This document shows, piece after piece, positions 16,052 through 23,358 of a DNA stretch of 32,000 nt. Positions within the stretch are counted from its first letter, which is position 1; the number at the start of each line of letters is the position of its first letter. The notes under the pieces were generated by a model. The model made no database searches and was not told where the DNA came from. It saw only the letters and a list, made by a program, of their open reading frames with translations. Position numbers and translations under genes: made by a program. This DNA is from Desulfovibrio sp. (GTDB lineage: Bacteria > Desulfobacterota > Desulfovibrionia > Desulfovibrionales > Desulfovibrionaceae): positions 1,584 to 33,583 of the forward strand of contig NZ_JAGZUV010000003.1 of NCBI RefSeq assembly GCF_018379785.1. Reading direction: 5' to 3'.

Positions 16052-17098
16052 CTATGACGCATACCAGCGTCTTTTGATCCATAAGGACACATTGACCAGC
16101 CCGATCAGCACCGGCACTTCCACCAGCGGGCCGATAACGGCCACAAACGCCTGCCCGGAGTTCAAGCCGAACACCGCGATAGCCACGGCAATGGCAAGCT
16201 CGAAATTGTTGGAAGCCGCTGTAAAAGAGAGTGTTGCCGACTGTTCGTAATTGGCTCCGGCCTTCCAGGAAAGATAAAAGGATAACAGAAACATGAAAAT
16301 GAAATACACGAGCAACGGAATGGCCACCCGGAGCACGTCAAACGGCAGTTGCACAATGTAATCCCCTTTGAGGGAGAACATCACCAGAATGGTGAACAGC
16401 AACGCGCGTAACGCCCACGGGCTGACGCGGGGGATAAAAATATTTTCGTACCAGTCCAGTCCCTTGACCTTAAGTCCATAAAGCCGGGAAAGAATCCCGC
16501 CCAGGAACGGAATGCCGAGATAAATAAAAACGCTCTCGGCTATCTGCCCCATGCTTATATCCACTACAGCGCCTGACATGCCGAGCCATCCGGGCAACAC
16601 TGTAATGAATACATAAGCGTACACAGAGAAGAACAGCACCTGAAAAATGGAATTGAACGCCACCAAACCGGCGCAGTATTCACGGTCCCCGCCCGCAAGG
16701 TCGTTCCAGATAATCACCATTGCTATGCAACGGGCCAGCCCGATGAGGATAAGCCCTATCATATATTCCTGATGACCGGAAAGAAACGTCACGGCCAGCA
16801 GAAACATAAGAGCGGGACCGATGATCCAGTTTTGCGTCAAAGACAGCAGAAGAATTTTTTTATTTCTGAAAACCTTGCCGAGTTCTTCATATTTCACCTT
16901 CGCCAAGGGCGGGTACATCATGACGATAAGCCCGATAGCGATAGGAATGTTTGTGGTGCCGACCTGGAAAAAGTTGATCACACTTCTGACGCCCGGCGCG
17001 GCCCATCCGAGCATCACACCTATAAACATGGCGAAAAATATCCACAGCGTCAGATAGCGATCCAGAAAAGATAACTTTTGTAAGGTGGATTGGCTCAT
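16052..17098 (-). CDS. acr3: arsenite efflux transporter, ACR3 family
   Basis: [31 protein letters not shown] is the canonical ACR3 N-terminus. GGAGGG lies upstream of ATG 17098. The 17251 start in the ORF track adds a non-homologous 51-aa extension. Confidence 0.92.
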   Translation of the reverse strand: MSQSTLQKLSFLDRYLTLWIFFAMFIGVMLGWAAPGVRSVINFFQVGTTNIPIAIGLIVMMYPPLAKVKYEELGKVFRNKKILLLSLTQNWIIGPALMFLLAVTFLSGHQEYMIGLILIGLARCIAMVIIWNDLAGGDREYCAGLVAFNSIFQVLFFSVYAYVFITVLPGWLGMSGAVVDISMGQIAESVFIYLGIPFLGGILSRLYGLKVKGLDWYENIFIPRVSPWALRALLFTILVMFSLKGDYIVQLPFDVLRVAIPLLVYFIFMFLLSFYLSWKAGANYEQSATLSFTAASNNFELAIAVAIAVFGLNSGQAFVAVIGPLVEVPVLIGLVNVSLWIKRRWYAS

Positions 17099-17147
17099 AC
17101 TCCCCTCCAATGGCAATAACGGGGCGGGTACACCGCCCCGTTCACGG

Positions 17148-17441
17148 TTAGCACTTGCCGCCGCAACAGCAGCCGGTGGAAGTCGAATGAGCGGAAGCAT
17201 GAGCGTCCGGCGTAGCGATCCAACCCATGACTTCGGACTTGGAAGGCACACGGCCAGTACACATGACGTTGTTGTCGATGACCACGGCGGGCGTGGACAT
17301 AACGCCGAGCGCCATCATTTCTTTCAGGTCCGTGACCTTTTCAACCGTGGCGGCACTTCCCGCATCCTGCACGGCGGCATTGACGACGTTTTCCGCTTCT
17401 TTGCACTTGGCGCAACCGGGACCGAGAACTTTGATCAACAT
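17148..17441 (-). CDS. small thioredoxin-fold redox-active disulfide protein (TM0996/MTH895-like) with a Cys-rich C-terminal tail
   Basis: [19 protein letters not shown]...[18 protein letters not shown] is the family core. There is an extra tail ...[13 protein letters not shown]. Confidence 0.8.
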   Translation of the reverse strand: MLIKVLGPGCAKCKEAENVVNAAVQDAGSAATVEKVTDLKEMMALGVMSTPAVVIDNNVMCTGRVPSKSEVMGWIATPDAHASAHSTSTGCCCGGKC

Positions 17442-17457
17442 GACGACCCTCTTTCGG

Positions 17458-18621
17458 CTAAAAGATTTGTGTTTGGAGGATATTGAACAGCCAGCCCACT
17501 ACCGTGAATATAACCAGCAACATGCCCAAGAAGAGGGCCAAAAGCTTCCAGCGCATGACCTGTTTGAGCATGAGCACTTCCGGCAGACTCGCCGCTACCG
17601 TGCTCATGCAGAAGGCCAGCGTCGTGCCCAGAGGCAGTCCCTTGAGCAGCAGGCTTTCCATAATCGGAATAATACCCGTGACATTGGTATACAGCGGAAT
17701 GCCGATAGCCACGGCCACCGGGACGGACCACCATTGACCGGCTCCCAGGTTTTCCGTGAACCATTCCTGCGGCACATAGCCATGAAGTAACGCGCCAAGG
17801 CCCACGCCGATGATGACCCACAGCCAGACCTTTTTGAAAATACTGCTCGTTTCAGAGTAGGCGAACGCATGGCGTTCCATGAGGCCCATCTTGGGAGCTT
17901 CGCCCGCTTCCACAGCGGCTTCTCTGGTGGACGCATTCTTCATGGCGTCCAGCAAAAAGGGTTGCAGCCAACGTTCCGCACGGAGCGCGTCCATGATGAT
18001 CCCGCCCACAATGCCCGCAAACATGCCCACCACCACATAAATGATCGTAAACTTCCAACCCAGCAGTCCCCACAGCAGGACCACGGCGATTTCATTGATT
18101 AACGGCGAGGTGATGAGAAAGGACATAGTTATGCCCAAGGGAATACGGGCCGTGGTGAACCCCAGGAACAAAGGAATGCTGGAACAGGAACAGAACGGCG
18201 TGATAGCCCCGAAGCCCGCGCCTAAAAAGTAGCCGATTCCCCGGCCTTTTCCCGCCAAATAGTCCCGGACCCGTTCAACGTGCATCGCGGCCCGCAGCCA
18301 GCCGATGACGTAAACCATAAGAACGAGCAACAAGAGAATCTTTGCCGTGTCATAGAAAAAGAACTCGACGGAATCCCCCAATGGAGTGCCTTTGTCGATG
18401 GAAAAAAGATCATAGGTCAGCCATTGCGAAAGCGGCACAATGACGGAATAGACCGCACTCCACAGCACCAGAGCAGCAATGCCGATCCCGAAATATCGCG
18501 TCTTGTTCACTTGCGACGGGATGGAAGGGGATTGCGGCGCTTCGGACTTTTGACAAGCGCACTGAACCGAGGGAGGTAAAACCTGTTTTTCTTCTGGTAC
18601 GCCCGCACAGCATTTTGACAT
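17458..18621 (-). CDS. arsP: ArsP-like (DUF318) permease, putative organoarsenical/arsenite efflux
   Basis: Multi-TM permease with the TPFCSCSSIPLF vicinal-cysteine motif characteristic of ArsP/DUF318. Cys-rich N-terminus MSKCCAGV...QCACQ. Confidence 0.78.
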   Translation of the reverse strand: MSKCCAGVPEEKQVLPPSVQCACQKSEAPQSPSIPSQVNKTRYFGIGIAALVLWSAVYSVIVPLSQWLTYDLFSIDKGTPLGDSVEFFFYDTAKILLLLVLMVYVIGWLRAAMHVERVRDYLAGKGRGIGYFLGAGFGAITPFCSCSSIPLFLGFTTARIPLGITMSFLITSPLINEIAVVLLWGLLGWKFTIIYVVVGMFAGIVGGIIMDALRAERWLQPFLLDAMKNASTREAAVEAGEAPKMGLMERHAFAYSETSSIFKKVWLWVIIGVGLGALLHGYVPQEWFTENLGAGQWWSVPVAVAIGIPLYTNVTGIIPIMESLLLKGLPLGTTLAFCMSTVAASLPEVLMLKQVMRWKLLALFLGMLLVIFTVVGWLFNILQTQIF

Positions 18622-18646
18622 CTTGCTAGCCTCTTAAATTTTCTTT

Positions 18647-18664
18647 ATTGGCAAAATTGCCAAT
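18647..18664. promoter_or_regulatory. perfect palindrome ATTGGCAA-AA-TTGCCAAT between arsR and the permease gene (putative ArsR operator)
   Basis: 8-bp perfect arms with a 2-nt spacer. It lies 17 nt after the arsR stop and 26 nt before the permease start codon. Confidence 0.55.
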
Positions 18665-18680
18665 ATTACGAGTAAAAAAA

Positions 18681-19004
18681 TTACCCTTTGTTCAGCATGT
18701 CCATTTGCGAAAGGACACGCTTTTCCACGATTTCTCCGGTGCAGGACAGAAAGGTGTCCAGACAACAGAGAGCAAGGCGGTAATAGATGTTTGTCCCTCT
18801 TTTTTCAGTGAAAACCACCCCCGCTTCCCGGAGTACGGAGAGATGCTTGGAAACAGTGGACATATCGTCCCCTACCAGAGCTTGCAGATCGCAGACGCAC
18901 TTTTCACCGTCTCGCAGGGCATCCACCATGAGCAGGCGGCTCGGATGACCAAGCGCCTTAAAAATCTTGGCTTGTTCCGAGATATACTTTTTGTACCGGT
19001 CCAT
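18681..19004 (-). CDS. arsR: ArsR/SmtB family metalloregulator
   Basis: FKALGHPSRLLMVDALRDGEKCVCDLQALVGDDMSTVSKHLSVLREAGVV: winged HTH with the As(III)-binding CVC motif. Confidence 0.9.
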   Translation of the reverse strand: MDRYKKYISEQAKIFKALGHPSRLLMVDALRDGEKCVCDLQALVGDDMSTVSKHLSVLREAGVVFTEKRGTNIYYRLALCCLDTFLSCTGEIVEKRVLSQMDMLNKG

Positions 19005-19263
19005 GTTTTCATCCTTGGCTTTTCAGCAAAATAGCCACTTGAATTTCTCTTGTCAAGATTGAAAACCATCATTGCTCAATTTCGCCATTGTCTTGTACGG
19101 CAAACGGAAAACAGGGATTGAGTATAAGAATGTAGTTGCATTAATTAGATATGCTATATCGTATATATGGCAAAAGCTGTCTTACCCGGCTTGACTTATG
19201 TTGCATAATTCAGGACAAGAAGACAGTGGAATAGTTCTCTGTTTCACTTTTTTTAGAAAGTAT

Positions 19264-19283
19264 ATTTGGTAAAAATGCCAAAT
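19264..19283. promoter_or_regulatory. second TTGG-N8-CCAA palindrome in the AT-rich region upstream of arsR
   Basis: In ATTTGGTAAAAATGCCAAAT, the 16-nt core TTGGTAAAAATGCCAA matches the 18648-18663 core at 14 of 16 positions. Confidence 0.4.
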
Positions 19284-19555
19284 AGCCAATAAATTAAGAG
19301 GAATTTCTTCATAAATCGGGCGCTCGTTTGTGAAGAGCGCGGGGACTCTTTCCCGGCCGGGCCGGGCTGTTGCCCGCGAATCACGGAACAATGGCAAACT
19401 GAGGACGTACATCTTCGACGCACAACCCTGGTTGATGTTCGGAAGATTTACAGCGCTTTCAGCGACGGCTGCAATCTGACAGTCAACCCGGAGTATGCCT
19501 ACCGGCCGGATCGAGGGTAAGCCAGCGGACTGCCGAAACTCATGGGAGAGAAATT

Positions 19556-19768
19556 ATGAACTCTGCCGAACAGCGGTCGATCCGGGAATTTGAAGAAAAA
19601 GCCAAAGAACTTGTCAGCTTGATGTATGCTATGACAGAGGCGGAGCTTGAAAAAGTCCGCGTCCCCGACCTGTCGAATCCGTCAACGCGGAAGCATAAGG
19701 CGCTTATTGTGGCCGCACTTACGGTGGACAAGGCCATTATGGCATTCATCGCCACCTTTGAACTGTAG
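19556..19768 (+). CDS. hypothetical small protein (70 aa)
   Basis: GGGAGAG lies 5 nt upstream of the ATG, and a strong terminator follows immediately. No recognisable domain. Confidence 0.5.
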   Translation: MNSAEQRSIREFEEKAKELVSLMYAMTEAELEKVRVPDLSNPSTRKHKALIVAALTVDKAIMAFIATFEL

Positions 19769-19776
19769 CTTATGAA

Positions 19777-19815
19777 AGTGGCCCGCATTCCCTGTCGGAA
19801 AGCGGGCCACTTTTA
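19777..19815 (+). terminator. rho-independent terminator
   Basis: AGTGGCCCGC (19777-19786) pairs with GCGGGCCACT (19802-19811), followed by TTTT. Confidence 0.65.
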
Positions 19816-20127
19816 CCGACAGGGGTGCGCGTGAACGCGCAAGGCCTGCGCCATCGTTAGCTTTCTTTCCCTTCCGTCTTGTGCAGCTTCGCCGGGCGTT
19901 CCGCCCGTACTCGCTTCCGCGCCGGACGGTCATTCCCGCTCATTCTGGCACGGGCCTTTCCCCTGTGCTTTCTTGTTTTCGCGTTGCCGTGTTTTGGAGC
20001 GGTTACCCGTGGGAGCTTCACTTGCTTGTGAAAGCCCTACGGAGCACCGCCATAAAGGTGGTCAACTCCAAAGGGAAAAACTCCCAGGAGTGGCGCAAAG
20101 GAAACTCAGAACATCATCACCGCGAAT

Positions 20128-20502
20128 ATGGTAACCGAAGAAGACCGCGTAGATTTTTTCCCCAAGCATTGCGCCCGAGCGTTTCTGATGTTTGAATCTC
20201 ATGTGTATAACTGGATGCGGCGGCTTTGCCCGAATTATGACGGCGTATTCTGGCAGTTTTACGAACTCAGCAACGGCGGTTTTTATATGGCCCCGGAAAC
20301 GGCTACGCCGGTTCGCATAGTCTGCGAGGGCAACTATTTTAATGAGGAAATGTCCGCCGACGCGGCGGGAATCGTCGTGACGCTGTTCACTTTGTCCCAT
20401 ATGGCGGAACGTGTGCCGAGTCTGGCGGATCGGTATTATGATTTGATGGAGTATATTGATTGCCACCCCGAAGCCGGGAAGATTTACGCCGCCATTGATT
20501 GA
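20128..20502 (+). CDS. antirestriction protein (Pfam Antirestrict / YfjX-like family)
   Basis: FLMFESHVYNWMRRLCPNYDGVFWQFYELSNGGFYMAP...FNEEMSADAAGIVVTLFTLSHM fits the family pattern (Y.GG.W.F..L.NGGFYM.P ... SADAAGI..TL). Confidence 0.78.
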   Translation: MVTEEDRVDFFPKHCARAFLMFESHVYNWMRRLCPNYDGVFWQFYELSNGGFYMAPETATPVRIVCEGNYFNEEMSADAAGIVVTLFTLSHMAERVPSLADRYYDLMEYIDCHPEAGKIYAAID

Positions 20503-20505
20503 CGG

Positions 20506-20540
20506 AAAGGCCCGCGTTCCGTTAGGGAGCGCGGGCCTTT
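20506..20540. terminator. bidirectional rho-independent terminator between convergent genes
   Basis: AAAGGCCCGCG (20506-20516) pairs with CGCGGGCCTTT (20530-20540). There are A/T runs on both sides. Confidence 0.7.
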
Positions 20541-20547
20541 CTGACGG

Positions 20548-20790
20548 TCAGCGATTTTTATTCGATTGAGAAAGGACTGACCCTGCTAAGGATTGCGTGG
20601 TGTCGGCATACTTGTCACTTTGAAGCACCCTAGAGGCCAATGCTTCCATATCTGCGCCTGTTTCTTTTCCACTTGCAGCTTGTGACAGAACAGAACCGGC
20701 GAGAGTTTTCTGAACTTTGGACGCTCCTTTGTCTCGCAAAACTTCCGATGCTAAACTGGCCATTTCTTCACTAGAGACTTTCTTGTTCAT
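20548..20790 (-). CDS. hypothetical small protein (80 aa) with an internal duplication ending in LAGSVLSQ
   Basis: GGAGG lies 5 nt upstream of ATG 20790. The protein has two copies of the A-S-x-V-L...LAGSVLSQ unit. An AT-rich putative promoter gap (20803-20906) lies upstream. Confidence 0.55.
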   Translation of the reverse strand: MNKKVSSEEMASLASEVLRDKGASKVQKTLAGSVLSQAASGKETGADMEALASRVLQSDKYADTTQSLAGSVLSQSNKNR

Positions 20791-20906
20791 AGATACCTCC
20801 AAATATAGATATTTTTATAGAATAATTTCTAAAGATTGGAGGTCAAGAATAGGAAATCAATTTTTGGTGATATTCCCCAAAAAAATTCTGGAACCACAAT
20901 TAGGTA

Positions 20907-22868
20907 TTATACAGGTTTGCTGTCTTTCACCTCATACTTGGCTTTACATTTCGGGAAGCCGGAGCAGCCGAAGAAATCATACGGCTTACCATTTTGGGTC
21001 GTCCCCATGCGACGGATCAGAGGCTTGCCGCATTCCCCGCATTTGTATTCCGACAGTTCCGGCTTTTTCCGATCCTGTTTCGGGCCAGGCTTGCCGTCCA
21101 CATTCGGAAACGTGGCTTCACAGTCGGGACAGGCGAAGAAGTCATAGCCGCGCACATTTTTTGTGTCCTCTTTGACTATATGCCGCAGTTTGGGGCTTTG
21201 GCACTCTGGGCAGAGCACGGCATGTGCTGAGTCAAAGCGCGTCACCTCATCCATCAGCCGATTGAAAGCCGTAGCGACAACTTGCTGATATTTCGTCTTG
21301 CCGCTGGCAATATCATCAAGCGCCTGTTCCATTTCTTTGGTGAACGCATAATCAACGAAGGAAAACGCATTCACCAGGGCATCCACCACCTGTACCCCCA
21401 AGGGAGTAGGCACCAGATAGCGTTTTTCTTCTTTGATGTATTCACGGGTTTGGATAGTGTCCAAAATGGCCGCGAACGTAGACGGACGGCCTATTCCTCT
21501 ATTTTCCAATTCCCGCACCAGACTCGCCAGCGTGTAGCGCGTGGGCGGCTTTGTCTTTTTCGTCAGGACACGGCCGGAAAGCGCCGTGACCTGTGCGCCG
21601 GATTGCAGCGCCGGGACGGGATTGTCCGGCTCGTCTTCCGCGTCGTCTTTGGTGGCCTCATCCGCAGCCAGAAGCACTTTCCACCCTTGTTCCTGTAGGG
21701 TCCGGCCTTTGGCCTCAAACGTGGCTTGTTTGCCGTCCACATCCGCAGATAGCCGGAGCAGGCGCACGGCGTAGACGGAATCCGCCAACTGTGATGCCAG
21801 GGCGCGAACGCGGATCAGCCGGTATAGGGCTTTTTCATCGGCCGTTTCCCCGGCGTCTTCCTCTTCTATATGAGTAGGCCGGATCGCCTCATGCGCCTCT
21901 TGTGCCCCGTCTTTGGCCTTCCAGGTACGCGGCTTGTCCGGCAGCGGCCAGCCTTGCCCATCGGCATAGGCGCGGATCACCGCTACGGCCTCTTGCGAGA
22001 GATTAGGAGAATCCGTCCGCATATAGGTAATGTGGCCTTGCTCATAGAGGGCTTGCGCCAGAGACATAGTTTGTTTCGGTTTGAATTTTAGGGCATTGCT
22101 GGCGGCCTGTTGCAGGCTGGACGTTGTGAACGGAGTCGGAGGCGCGACGCGGGCTTCCGATTCTTCACAGTCCAGGATTTCCAAGGAGCGCAGGCCCGCC
22201 ATTTTTTCTGCCAGGGCTTGATCCTGAAAATATTCTTGTCCCGGCTCAATCCACGACTTGACCACCCAGGCCGCTTTCCAGCCCTCAAAGCTCAGTTCCG
22301 CCCCGTAATGCGTGACACTCACAAAGGAAGTGATTGCCCGTTCCCGTTCGACCACCAACCGTAAGGCCGGACTCTGGACGCGCCCGGCAGAAAGGCGCGT
22401 ACCCACGGCGCGGGAGAGCGGGCCGGACACCAGATACCCGCAAAAGCGATCCAGAACGCGCCGCCCCTCTTGCGCGGCCACCAAAGCCATATCAATGGCG
22501 CGGGGACTCTGGACAGCGGCCTTGACCGCGCTTTCCGTGATTTCTCCATAGGTGACGCGCTTTGCGTCCTTCAGTTTCAGGGCATCGGCCACATGCCACG
22601 CGATAGCTTCCCCTTCTCTATCCGGGTCCGTGGCCAGATAAACAACATCGGCCTGTTTTGCCAGCGCCCCTAGCCGTTTCAACACATCCGCCCCGCGCTC
22701 CGTGGGCTGATAGTGCGGCTTGAAATCCGGTGCGGCCACGCCCATTTCCTTGACCGGCAGATCGCGGACATGCCCGACAGAAGCAACCACTTTCCAATCC
22801 GGGCCAAGGAACGACTGTACTTTTTTCACCTTGCCGGGAGACTCAAGAATCAACAATTTCGCGCACAT
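20907..22868 (-). CDS. type IA DNA topoisomerase (Topo III/TraE-like) with two C-terminal C4 zinc ribbons
   Basis: Toprim start LLILESPGKVKKVQSFLG...VASVGHVRDL. Active-site region ITYMRTDS. C-terminal CPECQ...CPDC and CGECG...GCSGFPKC. Confidence 0.92.
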   Translation of the reverse strand: MCAKLLILESPGKVKKVQSFLGPDWKVVASVGHVRDLPVKEMGVAAPDFKPHYQPTERGADVLKRLGALAKQADVVYLATDPDREGEAIAWHVADALKLKDAKRVTYGEITESAVKAAVQSPRAIDMALVAAQEGRRVLDRFCGYLVSGPLSRAVGTRLSAGRVQSPALRLVVERERAITSFVSVTHYGAELSFEGWKAAWVVKSWIEPGQEYFQDQALAEKMAGLRSLEILDCEESEARVAPPTPFTTSSLQQAASNALKFKPKQTMSLAQALYEQGHITYMRTDSPNLSQEAVAVIRAYADGQGWPLPDKPRTWKAKDGAQEAHEAIRPTHIEEEDAGETADEKALYRLIRVRALASQLADSVYAVRLLRLSADVDGKQATFEAKGRTLQEQGWKVLLAADEATKDDAEDEPDNPVPALQSGAQVTALSGRVLTKKTKPPTRYTLASLVRELENRGIGRPSTFAAILDTIQTREYIKEEKRYLVPTPLGVQVVDALVNAFSFVDYAFTKEMEQALDDIASGKTKYQQVVATAFNRLMDEVTRFDSAHAVLCPECQSPKLRHIVKEDTKNVRGYDFFACPDCEATFPNVDGKPGPKQDRKKPELSEYKCGECGKPLIRRMGTTQNGKPYDFFGCSGFPKCKAKYEVKDSKPV

Positions 22869-23358
22869 GACTTTTCCTTAAAAGGCCGTCAGGCGGCGCG
22901 AGGTTGGGGCGCGTGTCCCGCAGAAATTGTAGGCTTGGGTTATTAAAGACGACAATAGCACTGGGAAACGGTGCGGGATGTGCCGCGCCCTCGAAGCGTA
23001 TCCGTCCCCGCAGAAACCGCACAGCGCCATGCGGAATAACAAAGGTATGCCACCATGCGGTATCTGTCCGCGCGGGGAGAAGACAAACAACACGCCTGAC
23101 CCCGGCTGTGTTCACCTCCACAACCGCTTTGGCGATCCAGTGCGAAATAGCACGTCCATATGGCGGGTTCATCCAGCAAACACCGCTCCAATTTTGAGAG
23201 AGTCCGTCGTCTTTCGGGGAAAAGAAATGCCCACATTTGGCATTTTCGGCTGTGGCACACACGTCCAGCGTGAATGGGCCTTGCAGTGTGTCCCATTGCC
23301 GGAAAAGCGTCCAAGGTGTTGCCCAATCGGTTTTACGGCTGGAAAAATGCACGTTCAT
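22843..23358 (-). CDS. orphan DNA N6-adenine methyltransferase (phage Dam / PF05869-like)
   Basis: DWATPWTLFRQWDTLQGPFTLDVCATAENAKC...GLSQNWSGVCWMNPPYG (NPPY motif)...CLLPARTDTAWWH. No adjacent restriction endonuclease gene. Confidence 0.85.
   Translation of the reverse strand: MNVHFSSRKTDWATPWTLFRQWDTLQGPFTLDVCATAENAKCGHFFSPKDDGLSQNWSGVCWMNPPYGRAISHWIAKAVVEVNTAGVRRVVCLLPARTDTAWWHTFVIPHGAVRFLRGRIRFEGAAHPAPFPSAIVVFNNPSLQFLRDTRPNLAPPDGLLRKSHVREIVDS

Noticed and set aside
17099-17251. Upstream extension of the acr3 ORF to 17251 (it overlaps the thioredoxin-like gene). Similar extensions exist for trbG (to 31639), the small thioredoxin (to 14574) and orf70 (to 26022).
   Set aside because: Internal ATGs with good Shine-Dalgarno sequences reproduce the conserved family N-termini or signal peptides. 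The extensions are non-homologous and overlap neighbouring genes.
18647-18664. Reading the ars palindrome as a sigma-54 promoter (TGGCA...TTGC).
   Set aside because: The GG-to-GC spacing is 3 nt shorter than the invariant -24/-12 spacing. Perfect dyad symmetry fits a dimeric repressor site better.
19182-19412. 76-aa minus-strand ORF in the AT-rich region upstream of arsR.
   Set aside because: It has no RBS, an implausible sequence, and spans the putative ars promoter/operator region. It is treated as non-coding.
13333-19555. Search for IS elements, transposase genes or terminal inverted repeats flanking the ars cargo block.
   Set aside because: No transposase-like ORF or matching terminal repeats were seen at either edge. 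The block is called cargo on compositional and functional grounds only.
19936-19955. Sigma-54-like TGGCACGGGCCTTTCC upstream of the antirestriction gene.
   Set aside because: The -12 element reads TTTC instead of TTGC, so the essential GC dinucleotide is missing. It is not a credible RpoN promoter.
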